Assembly: GCA_963707985.1 (NCBI GenBank)
Contig: CAVPRW010000046.1
Location: 96,001 to 160,000, forward strand
Direction of reading: 5' to 3'
Length of the DNA: 64,000 bases
DNA from: an uncultured Nitrospinota bacterium
Lineage (GTDB): Bacteria > Tectomicrobia > Entotheonellia > J063 > CAVPRW01
How positions within the stretch are numbered: the stretch's first letter is position 1; each line of letters starts with the position of its first letter. The translations under genes were made by a program, and so were the position numbers. Positions 1 through 9,482 of this stretch are shown here, piece after piece. Under the pieces are notes generated by a model. The model did no database searches. It was not told where the DNA came from and saw only the letters and a list, made by a program, of their open reading frames with translations.

Positions 1-163
1 ACGCTCATCATCCGACGTACCGAATCATGCCCAGACAACCTGGATGGGCAGCCCATCTGATAGGACTTTCGAAGGGTTGTATATAGTGCGGAGGCTTGAT
101 GACTCCGCATGATTCGGCTTGTCTTCTCTGCATGATCAACCCATCAGCCTGGAGGAGCCACGC

Positions 164-400
164 ATGCGCCATCCCTATTGTCCCAATCCGAGTGTCTGGC
201 AGCCGTTGTCTGCTGGTCCTCTGGGCGCAATCGACACCTTTGTCCGACCAGTTGTAGGACCAAGTCTATGCGAGTTGGACGGCGAAGTCTATGGTGCGCC
301 CACTCGCCGACCTCTGCCGCTGGCTCTGGGCGACATGCCCAACAGCCATGGACCTCAACGAACAGCGCGTCGATGCGGTTCTGCAGGACCTCTATGAGCG
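164..400 (+). pseudogene. N-terminal remnant of a tyrosine recombinase (RIT-type integrase)
   Basis: Mixed frames read 'LSAGPLGAIDTF...YASWTAKSMVRPLADLCRWL...DLNEQRVDAVLQD', resembling integrase N-termini; broken and truncated. Confidence 0.4.
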
Positions 401-599
401 GCTAGCATACCCATCGCGATGAGCGCTCTGTCTTGAGGCGGCTGCATGGACAGCTGCGAGAGCACGGCGTGATGCCCGTGCCATCGCCCTTCCCCGCACG
501 GCGCATGAGCGGCAGGATAAGACGCTCCCCGGTAGAGGGCCAGGTGAGGGGTTCCTCACCACTCCCACGACATTGGACGGGGTCCCCTCGCCGGCTGAG

Positions 600-1205
600 T
601 TAATCGAGCTCGCCACTGAGATAGCGGGCGACAGCCTGCGCGATGGGCTGTCCCGTGTGCGCCTCATAGTAGCTGAAGGCGGGACTCGGGTTGACCTCGA
701 AGCAATAGACTTGGTGGTCTGGCGTCAATTTCAAGTCGATACCGGCGAAGGCCAGCCCTAGCGCTTGTGCAAGCCGCAGGCAGCGCTCGGCCAACGCATC
801 GGGAAGCTCGATGGCCTGCAATTCCGCGTCACTCCCTTGCCGTCGCGCATAGCGGTAATCGGTCGCCTGAGTGTGAATGGCTGTTGCAAAGATAGTAGAA
901 CCGACCGTGTGCACACGGACGTTCGTGCCTTCGACAAAGGCCTGGAACTGTGTCGGGCACCAACGAATGCAGTCGAGCCGCTCGAAATCCTCCGCCTCCA
1001 GGGTGTGGACGATGGAGCGCACGCCGCTGACCGATTTGTAGATCACACGCTGATGCTGTTGGTGAAAGGCCCGCACGAGATCAGGATCGTTGGTGATCAG
1101 CGTTTCCGGGACCGCAAAACCGTGCGTCCGAATCAGCTGCGTTTGGTAGGGCTTGGAGCTGTTCGACCCCATGGCGGCGGTGCGATTCACCACGCGCGCC
1201 GGCGA
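600..1205 (-). pseudogene. RimK/MvdD-like ATP-grasp ligase, catalytic part only (N-terminus deleted)
   Basis: Motifs VVNR..AMGSNSSKPYQ, VPETLITNDP, IYKSVSG, QFQAFVEG, GIDL and FEVNPSP. No start or pre-grasp domain: the frame begins abruptly at ~1205. Confidence 0.85.
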
Positions 1206-1923
1206 GAGCATCCAGCAAGGCCTCGCCGCCGAGCCGCAAATCAGGCATGGGGGTGGCCCCGGCAAAGGTCCAAGACCCTGCGGGGCCGTTGGTAAAGTCG
1301 ACGCCCAGCAATGCTGTCTGGGCAAGGTCAGCTAAACGCTGGCAGGCACTACGTATATGGGGTGGGACATCGGCTCCAACAGCTTGGCCCGCTACAATGA
1401 AGATCGTGTGCACCGGAGAATCCGCGACCACAAGCCCTTGTCCACCTTGCCCAGCCAGGGAGTCCCGACTGATCTGTTGATAAGGCGGTGTCGGGAGACC
1501 AGCGTGCGCCGCCAGCCAAAGCCATTCCGAGCGATGCCGCCACTGACCGGCGAGGCCCTGTGGTGTGGGCCGATTGATCACCGGGAGCGACAAGGCATAC
1601 AGCCAGCTGAGGAAGAAGGCCGTCAGCTCCTGACTGGCATAGTCGCGATCCGTCGGATGGGCCAACAGTAACGGCGCATACGGCACAGAGACCAGTCGGT
1701 TCAGCACCCCGCGGACGGTGTCGTTGCGGAGCCGGTGACCATCAGCATGGGTGATGTCGATGGTCACTCCCTTCGCCCCCACACGATGCTCCCAGCGCAG
1801 GTTCTGGGCCAGCATCTCGGAGCTCACCACCTCCAGGGGCTCAAGACCCCTGGCGTTGAGGCCCTGGGCAGCCCAGACCGCGGATGCATCAGTCGAGGCA
1901 CACAGGACGAGCCACATCGCCAC
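1081..1923 (-). CDS. Degenerate ATP-grasp-like partner protein (natural end probably lost near 1200)
   Basis: GGAGG RBS and GTG start; motifs GVLNRL, DRDYASQELTAFFLSWL, VINRPTPQGLAG, AGLPTP and LLGVDF. Lacks the canonical ExN metal motif. Confidence 0.7.
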   Translation of the reverse strand: MAMWLVLCASTDASAVWAAQGLNARGLEPLEVVSSEMLAQNLRWEHRVGAKGVTIDITHADGHRLRNDTVRGVLNRLVSVPYAPLLLAHPTDRDYASQELTAFFLSWLYALSLPVINRPTPQGLAGQWRHRSEWLWLAAHAGLPTPPYQQISRDSLAGQGGQGLVVADSPVHTIFIVAGQAVGADVPPHIRSACQRLADLAQTALLGVDFTNGPAGSWTFAGATPMPDLRLGGEALLDALAGARGESHRRHGVEQLQALPNAADSDARFCGPGNADHQRS

Positions 1924-2019
1924 ACCTCCGTCTCGCCACGACCCTCAGGGGTGAGGACCGGCCGCGAGACGCCAGTCCTCGTGTGTATCACTGCGTATCA
2001 AGCCCAACCCTAGGGCGGC

Positions 2020-2225
2020 CTTTGATAGCAGCACGCTCTGCCTGACCACCCCCACATTGTCGTCGCTCTTCCATTGGATGAGCACTTGCTGACCCGGTTG
2101 AGGCTGTCCGCCTGCTCTTGGTCGGAGACCAGGCTGTTGGGGAGCGGACTGCTCGAGTGTGATTCCACCGAGACGGAAGCTCCGGATTCAGAGTAGTATT
2201 GGGGGCCATTCGTCTCTTGCAACAT
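2020..2225 (-). pseudogene. Remnant of an Ig-like domain gene
   Basis: An alternative frame reads QPGQQVLIQWKSDDNVGVVRQSVLLS, similar in type to the first domain (PNGGETFSVGDMVTVRW) of the neighbouring large protein. Confidence 0.5.
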
Positions 2226-2478
2226 GTCTTCTCCCCCTATTCCAATGCCAAAACACCTGTTGCCAATAAGATATGGCTACGATCATCGCTGAGTGCGCTT
2301 CACCAGTTCCACATGCTCTGCGGTGCACTTCTCTTCTCTCTGTATGTACGAGAGACCCGACCCTGTCGGATGTGACCCGGCGTGTCTGGCTACGGAAGAG
2401 CACCGGGTGGGGCACGAGCAATGGAGACAAGCGGGGCCCTCCTGCATTGGGTCTGGACCCCGCCAGGCACTCAGTGCG

Positions 2479-5400
2479 TCAGGCCTTGCGCTCGTGCGGC
2501 TTCTCCGTGTCCTTGGTGTCCTTAGTCTGCTTGGCATTGCTCGCTTGCGTTTGCACTGGCGGGCCCCAGGTCGATGGATCGGTGTGGCCAAGATCCGTTT
2601 CGCCTTTGAGAGCGCTTGCCTCTAGGCTAGGACGCAAGGCCTGAGGGATGAAGTGCATCAACTGTCCCACTGCGCCCTCCAAGCGGGCCAGGCGTTCCAT
2701 GGGTGGGACAACGCCCCTGGACAGGAACGGTAATTCAATAAAATCCTTACCATCCCTGGTGTCCTTGTTCTCCTTACGAAAATCCTTGCCGTCCGACTCT
2801 TTCTCCTTGGTGTCCTTCCCTTCCTTAGACTCCTTCGCTTTCGGAGGAGGGGTGCCTGGTGGGAGGGTGATGAAGTCGGTCCCACTGGTGACAGTTGTCC
2901 CCGCAAAAGCGGGAAAGATCAGGATGGGGTCGCGCCCTGTCAAGCCGGTATTGGGAACCGTGGCCTGGATCTCGGTCGCAGAGATGACCGTGAAAACGGC
3001 GGTGCCGCTGCCGAATTGGACTTTCATGACATTCGGACTGCCCATAAAGGTGAAGTTCACGCCGCGGATGGACACACGGGTGCCCCTGGGACCAAACCGG
3101 GGCGTGAAACCATCGATGGCTGGTTGGCCCTGACTCGTATCGGTGATAAAGTCCACACCCGTGAGGGCCGGTCGGGTGACTGGGCGCAGTATGCCGTTGC
3201 GGTCCGTCCCCCGCACACTCACGATGCCGTTCATCGCAACGGCTGGTACCGTAGCCTCGACGGAGTTGCGAGACCTGGAAATGGCACTTGCGGAGATACC
3301 GGCAAACTCCACCCGCTCCAGTCGGTCCAGCTCCCCGCCGAAGATGAGCACCTTGTCGCCCGTTCGTCCTCTGCCAGGGACAATGCCGCTGATCCCGAAA
3401 AATGATGTGCCAGCGACCTTTGGCGCCAGCACAGTGAAGTCACCCGCGCTCGCCGGACTCGCCTGCGGTGCTGACGCTGATGGACACCCGGCGGTCCGCC
3501 TCGCCGACATTAAGGCGGATAGGCACGTAGGTGGTGATCGATACATCCGAATTCAACACAAAGGGGGCCGGCACACCGCCAAACGCCACTGTCATGGCGC
3601 CAGTGAAATTTTTCCCGAGAAGCTCCACCTGCGCTCCTTCAGGGCCGTCGAGCGGGGCGAACTTCAGGATCTCAGGCTTCACTCCGCCCAGGACGCTGAA
3701 GTCGAACGTGTCAGACCCCTGTGGGGTGTTCACACTCACCAATCCGGATTTGGCCCCCGTTGGCACGGCAGTGTCGATGACGGTCGTGGTGATGGCACGG
3801 ATGGTGGCGCGCACACCGTCACCCGTGCCATTGGCAAATTTCACCACGGTGTAGTCCTGGTCATTCCCATCTTTACCGGGCACGAAATTCATGCCGCTGA
3901 TCGTCACCGGCGCCATCTCGGCGCCGCTAGAGGTGGTGAGCTGACGGTTGATGCTCGGGGGCCCCACCACGAAGGACAGGGCGCTGCCCTTGCTGGTGAT
4001 GCTCATACCGTTAACCACTACTCTCACCTTGAGCGGTCCAGTGATCGCTCCCATTGGCACGCTAACCGTAAGCTTTTGCTTGCTGGCATCCTGATCATCT
4101 CGGCCAACCGATGTGGCGGGGACTTCCACTTTTTTCGGATTGCCATTGAACCGTACGAAGGTGTTGCCGGGGACGAAGTTTACGCCTCTGATCGTCAGCG
4201 TATCTCCCCGCTTGCCACTAGGGGGGGTGAAACTATCGATCTTCGGTTTATTGCTGGCCACGGCGACAGTGAAACTGTTCGGGCTCATGACTATTCTGTC
4301 CGACATGAGCACGCCGATCAGCCCGCTGCTGGCGCCCTCGGGTACTTCGGCCGTGATCGACGTCGGCGAGTTGACGCTGAACTCTTCGGTGCTCAGACCG
4401 TTGAAGCTTACGCCCAGGACGCTGCCGAAATTGCTCCCGGAGATCTCTACTGCCAACCCCTCGGGACCACTGGTCGGAGTGAAGCCGGTAATCGCCACAC
4501 CGCCGCCGATCGTCAAGTTGACCGTCGTCGCCATGACCGTCACACCTGCCGCACTGCCACTAATGGTCAGAACTCTGGTGCCTGGGGGGGTGTTCGCTGA
4601 TGTGGTAATGGTGAAGAGTGCGCTCGTACCAGGGACGGGGTTAGGGCTAAAGCCGGCGCTAGCGCCAGGGGGGAGGCCGCTGACGGCGAGAGCCACGGGT
4701 GCCGTAACATTGGTACGAGTGAGGATAATCGTATAGCGGGCATTTTGGCCGGGGCCAAGGCTCTGGGCGGAGGGGCTGGCCGACAACTCTACTCTGGAGA
4801 TGCCAGGCAGCATGTCGAGAGGCGCCGTATCGGACCCAGCCAGGTTCTGAGCCCGCAGCCGATAGGGGCCCGCCGTGATGAATGCAGGGATGGTCAGGTC
4901 CAGATCAACCCAACTCGACTGACCGCCGGGTAAGAGGGACAATCCGACTCCTACCACCCCCTGGCCGGCATTATCCACGACGCTGTAGCCGCCCGTTGTC
5001 AGGGGAAGATTTGCACCGCTGACGCTGACTCTCGTAGTCCTCCCCGCGGCAATCTGAGATGGCTGCAACGCGGTGATGTCCGGGGCCGAGTTAGGAAGAA
5101 TCTGCAGTGGCTCCGTATCAAAGCCCGCGGCGTTCTGAGCAAGCAGTTGGTACGACCCCGATGGCGTCGAGGCCGCCACACCGAGTTGCAGGATTGCCGA
5201 GCGTCCCCCAGGGCTGATCACCTGAACGCTGACGCCCTGGGTGGGCTGCCCGTCGCTCTTGAGAACCGAGTACCCGTTGGCTGTCAGAGGCAGATTCATG
5301 CCATCCACGATGACCTGGGTCGTCTGGCCGGCGAGAATCTGACTGGGGCTCACTGCGGTGATGTCCGGTTGCATGACCGTTCCGGTAATTTCCAGAGGTG

Positions 5401-6124
5401 CGGTGTCCGACCCGGCTGCGGTCATCACCCGCAATCCGTATTGACCTGGAGTGACGGAGGGGGCGATAGTAATCTGCAGTCGAACCATCGAGGAATTGCT
5501 GTTCCCACTATCGAGCTCGACACCATAGCCGTTGATCTGCTGCCCGACACTATTGACTACTAGATAGGCCAGCGGGCTCACCGGCAGGTTTGAGCCGTGC
5601 ACCGTGACAGGGGTCGTCGCACCCGCCGCAATCTGGCCGGGTTCGAGAGATGTGATAACCGGCCCACTCGCCCCTTCCCCAATGGTGAAGACGTTATCGC
5701 TCCGGTCGCTGGCGACCACCCTGATGCCGTTCAGCGCTGCCACCGAGACCACGGCCCTGGTGGTGGCCATCGTGGGCAACGTCAGCGGATAACTCTGTGC
5801 TGTCCCCGGCAGATCCCTATCATCCTTGACGAGGTTGCCATCCGCAAAGAGCTTCACTTGATGGCTCGTGATCGGCGTGCCGTCCATGACGTTGGTGCTT
5901 CATCTGACGGTCACCATGTCTCCGACACTGAAGGTTTCACCCCCGTTTGGGAAGTCGACAATTAAAAATACTGATAGGAGTGGGATGTCATTGACTACCG
6001 TTGGATCCTGCGGGGACCCTCGCGGCAGACTCACGGGGTCAGCTTGTGGAGTTGTACTGGGTTCCAGGGCAACTCCCATGACGGTGGTGTGTTCCAGAAA
6101 TGTCGTCTCGGAATGCATGTTCAT
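2479..6124 (-). pseudogene. ~1200-aa IPT/TIG multi-Ig-domain protein with K/E/D-rich C-terminal tail (in-frame TGA at 5900-5902, frameshift near 3455)
   Basis: ORFs 5900-6124 and 3440-5887 are in frame across the TGA (VTVR*STNVMDG, Trp expected). There are three ~95-aa tandem repeats, then repeated 'I.xFTP..G..G..V.I.G.NF' IPT units. ORF 2479-3546 continues the IPT pattern. Confidence 0.8.
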
Positions 6125-6487
6125 GCCCCTTTCTCATTTTGGTTGGGACGCTTCGGCGGTTCCCGCGAGCGTTCTTCCCTCACAGCTGTCTTGTCGAAAA
6201 AACTCAATACCCCGTTTCTATCGCTCAACACTGCCCGGCTCGATGCATGGCCCTCCTCTATCGATTTCAGTGACTGCCGAGCCATCGGGCTTGGCTGATG
6301 CGAAGAACAATTCAGTTCTGCCGAAAAGCTTCCCGGAGCGTTGTGCCCTTGAATACAGCTCTGTCGTCGGAGGTGCTTTCCATTGGAGCCCGGTCTCTGT
6401 AGCCTTGCCGGTAAAGATCGCCGGTCCCATGACACCAGTGACGGCCAAGGCCAGCAGCAGAATGCTTGCTGTGAACCATCGGGGCAC
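6121..6487 (-). CDS. Small putative secreted protein, probably frameshifted, coupled to the IPT gene
   Basis: Signal-like N-terminus MPRWFTASILLLALAVTGV; a second frame ends in an ATGA overlap with the 6124 start. Confidence 0.35.
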
Positions 6488-6670
6488 GACATCCTCCTGA
6501 ATGCATCGGACTTCGGCCCGTCAGTGGTGCGGCTGTGTGTGACTCACTCACCTATACGAGTGGACTCTGCTAGATGGATGTCAATCGCCTGGAGGTGGGG
6601 AAATCTCAGGAGGGTCTGCTGTACTCTCGCAGATTTGCCTATTGGCACTCTAATGCCATGACTACCGCAT

Positions 6671-6920
6671 GTGCCGATTGCCACCGACAGTCAACGGTTG
6701 ATTCACCGGTATCTTGAGGTCGCGGAGCATAGAAAGGATCTAAAGGGGCTGCTCTTTCGGCCTGTCGGTAATAATACGACGCACCGGCGGAGAAGGGTAC
6801 TGAGCCCAGGGGCGATCTAGCAGGAGATTGCGAAGCGCTATGGCAAAGTGGTGGGGATCACCGTCGACGTGTATGGGCTCTATGTCCACTCGTTGCGGGC
6901 GACCCCAGCGACAGCGCCTC
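6671..6920 (+). pseudogene. Tyrosine recombinase C-terminal remnant
   Basis: Reads VPIA...LLFRPV...GAI*QEIAKRYG...VHSLRAT (HxLR box) with an internal stop. Confidence 0.7.
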
Positions 6921-7932
6921 AGGCATGGGAATGCGATGGAAGGCCGTCGTGGGCGTGTTCGTCAATGCGGTGATGCTCTGCGCCAGCTTTATCGAGGGGG
7001 TCGACGTGCACACTGACCTCACTGAGGTAGCGTACATGGTGAAGGAGTTGATGGCGGACCTCTGTGGCAATGGCATGCCCCTCGGCCACCGACAGCTCTG
7101 GGGTGACTGCAATACTTACTTCTGCCTGGAGGTCATGGCCCACCCAGCGGGCCCTCACGTCTGTGAGCGCCCGCACCCCTGGGACGTGCGTTGCCGCATG
7201 CCGAAGCGCGTGGATCACTTCTGGGTCCACGCCATCGAGCGCGCGGGTAAACACCATCATCCCCGAGTGCCAGACGAGCCAGAGGATGGCCGCGGTGATG
7301 ATCAGCCCCACCAGCGGGTCAGCAAGCGGATACCCAAGCCAGACCCCTACGGCACCCCCGAAGACGGCAAGACTGGTCCAACCATCGACCCGCGCATGAT
7401 ACCCGTCAGCGATCAGCGCGGCGCTGCCGATGTCTCGTCCCACTTTGATGCGAAAAAGGGCTACGGCCTCGTTTCCGAGAAAGCCGAGGACGGAGGCCAC
7501 GACTATCGCCCCGAGATGTGTCACCGGTTCGGGATGGATGAGGCGGGTCACCGCTTCATAACCTACAACAAGCGCGCTTAAGGCCATGATGAGCACAATT
7601 ACCATGCCGGCGAGGTCCTCAAAGCGGCCCAAGCCATATGTAAAGCGATCGCTGGGCCGTCGTCGGACCAGAGCAAAGGCCACCCAGAGCGGGAGCGCCG
7701 TCGCGGCATCGCCGAAGTTATGGATAGTGTCGGCCAGGAGAGCCACACTCCCCGAGAGGGCAACAACGACCAGCTGCACGCTGGCCGTCACCAGCAATGC
7801 CACACATGACCACTTGATGGCCCACAGGCCGCGCCCTGTGGTAGCAATACTTGGGTCGACGACGCCATGCAAATGGCTATGGCCTGTATGCTCGTCGGGA
7901 TGGGAAGAGTGGTTCGAGTGGTGATGCGCCAT
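6919..7932 (-). CDS. Cation diffusion facilitator (CDF) metal transporter
   Basis: His-rich termini; motifs SVALLADTIHNFGD, FTYGLGRFE, ADGYHARVD and VHVDP. Confidence 0.92.
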   Translation of the reverse strand: MAHHHSNHSSHPDEHTGHSHLHGVVDPSIATTGRGLWAIKWSCVALLVTASVQLVVVALSGSVALLADTIHNFGDAATALPLWVAFALVRRRPSDRFTYGLGRFEDLAGMVIVLIMALSALVVGYEAVTRLIHPEPVTHLGAIVVASVLGFLGNEAVALFRIKVGRDIGSAALIADGYHARVDGWTSLAVFGGAVGVWLGYPLADPLVGLIITAAILWLVWHSGMMVFTRALDGVDPEVIHALRHAATHVPGVRALTDVRARWVGHDLQAEVSIAVTPELSVAEGHAIATEVRHQLLHHVRYLSEVSVHVDPLDKAGAEHHRIDEHAHDGLPSHSHA

Positions 7933-7943
7933 CGCAAATCTCC

Positions 7944-8147
7944 TTAGAGCAGGGTCCCCGTCTCGTGGAAGAGTTCTTCCAGATGGCCGCCAGAGAGAAA
8001 CGCTAAGAGCATCCACACCAACGGATGGTCACGATACGGCCAGAGGAGGGGCATTATCCCCCCCATCATCACAAGATAGACAACCGCGGCCATAATGATC
8101 AGCACGATTCCACGGAGACGAGAGGTGCGAAGCCACTGCATATGCAT
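7944..8147 (-). CDS. Small membrane protein
   Basis: GGAGGGGG RBS; 67 aa with hydrophobic segments; directly upstream of the CDF gene. Confidence 0.45.
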   Translation of the reverse strand: MHMQWLRTSRLRGIVLIIMAAVVYLVMMGGIMPLLWPYRDHPLVWMLLAFLSGGHLEELFHETGTLL

Positions 8148-8299
8148 AGCGTCCCCCTCCTGTATGACGCTCCAGTCCGTACCGAGCTTTAGGAATCGTA
8201 AATTAACAAACCAGCGCTTTGTGCTCCTTGGCTTGATCACATCGTTCCAATCAGTGCCGTGGAAATCAGCGGGGTAGGGGTTGACTTAGGCCAGTTCGT

Positions 8300-8600
8300 C
8301 ATCCGACATCTTCTTGCCGATCGCGTATGGGGCGGGTTCCAGTGTCGCCTCGACACGGACCGCCGCTTTGGTGGTCGCATTCGCTAAGGAGATTCACGAT
8401 CACCTCATAGCTCACCAGTGGCCGCCCACGCCAGTTGTCGGTGCTATGACAACACCGACGATGCTCAATCTTATGCCATCTGCTGGTCCCTGGTGGGACG
8501 GGGTGATAATCGTGCCCAACGTTGGCACAGTCGTCGACCAATGCTTTTTTCTTCGTCTCGACCGAGACGAACAGCTTCCCGCAGTGGCGATTGGCTGGTC
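8300..8600 (-). mobile_element. ISAzo13-family transposase remnant
   Basis: VSVETKKKALV and PPGTSRWHKIEHR...NWRGRPLVSYEVIVNL, with a large internal deletion. Confidence 0.75.
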
Positions 8601-8644
8601 TGGCAGCGCCTGGCGGTGCTCGTCGTCGGACTGGAGTCTTGAGG

Positions 8645-8938
8645 TCATCGTACTGGTGTCCCCTGCTCCAGCGTCTCAGGCGCATCCTTAACTTCCTCTT
8701 CAGCGCGCTCAATGCCCGGCGCGCGGCCTTGGCTGCGCGGAGCACGGCTCAGGGGCGGTGGACTCGGGTCCTGGCGCACGTCCGCGAGCATGGTGCTCTG
8801 GAACTCGTCCGCCGTCCGTTTGAATTAGGCCAGCCCACGTCCCAACGACTTCGCGATGTCCGGGAGCTTTTTCGGCCCCACCACAAGCAAGGCAATTACC
8901 AAAATAACGAGGAGCTCTTGCATGCCCAGGCCAAACAT
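8645..8938 (-). pseudogene. tatB: TatB/TatA-family subunit with internal TAA (8825-8827)
   Basis: [46 protein letters not shown]; the frame stays open after the stop. Confidence 0.75.
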
Positions 8939-9043
8939 GGTCTTCCCCTTGCCGGCGCGCGAGGGCTGTCGGTCGAGTGGTCGGTGCCAGGGCACGCCTC
9001 CCACGAGCCTCATCCCAGCCTCACCCCAGGGCCACCGCGCCGC

Positions 9044-9262
9044 TCACTTCGGCATGACGTGTGGGTTCACCCCGTCCGATGCCGACGGTTCGGTCAGCTG
9101 CGGGGCGGGCTTCTCGGGTCTCTCCGGCTCTATACTGGCGCGTTTGAACTCGCGGACCGCCTGGCCCATGCCGCTGGCGATCTCGGGCAGCTTCTTGCCC
9201 CCAAAAAAGAGCAGGGCGATGACTAAGATGATGAGCAGCTCTTGCATCCCTAACCCGCCCAT
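9044..9262 (-). CDS. tatA: Twin-arginine translocase TatA
   Basis: [49 protein letters not shown]. Confidence 0.9.
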   Translation of the reverse strand: MGGLGMQELLIILVIALLFFGGKKLPEIASGMGQAVREFKRASIEPERPEKPAPQLTEPSASDGVNPHVMPK

Positions 9263-9482
9263 ACCACTCTCCTCCGTGCGTGGGTGAGCCTACGGCATTC
9301 GAACCCGCAGATGTCTCGTTATTTATGAGACACCGCCATACGCCAATAGTGCCATCACTACACGATAGACGGTCGGTCACCCGCCGGGCGGATGCTCCAG
9401 GTGACCTCGACGATGCATTTGCCACCAGTCTCTGTGCTGACGAGGGTTGGAATATCGGGTGTTCCCCCCCCCGCACGTTCAC

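Noticed and set aside
2010..2225. 71-aa ORF ending MWGWSGRACCYQRPP beside the ATP-grasp genes, a tempting RiPP precursor
   Set aside because: An alternative frame gives an Ig-like sequence (QPGQQVLIQWKSDDNVGVV), so the Cys/Trp tail is probably an off-frame reading of a decayed gene.
3143..4600. Long plus-strand ORFs here and at 12228-13508, plus minus-strand 35785-37116
   Set aside because: They are antisense shadows of recognisable high-GC genes and carry no motifs.
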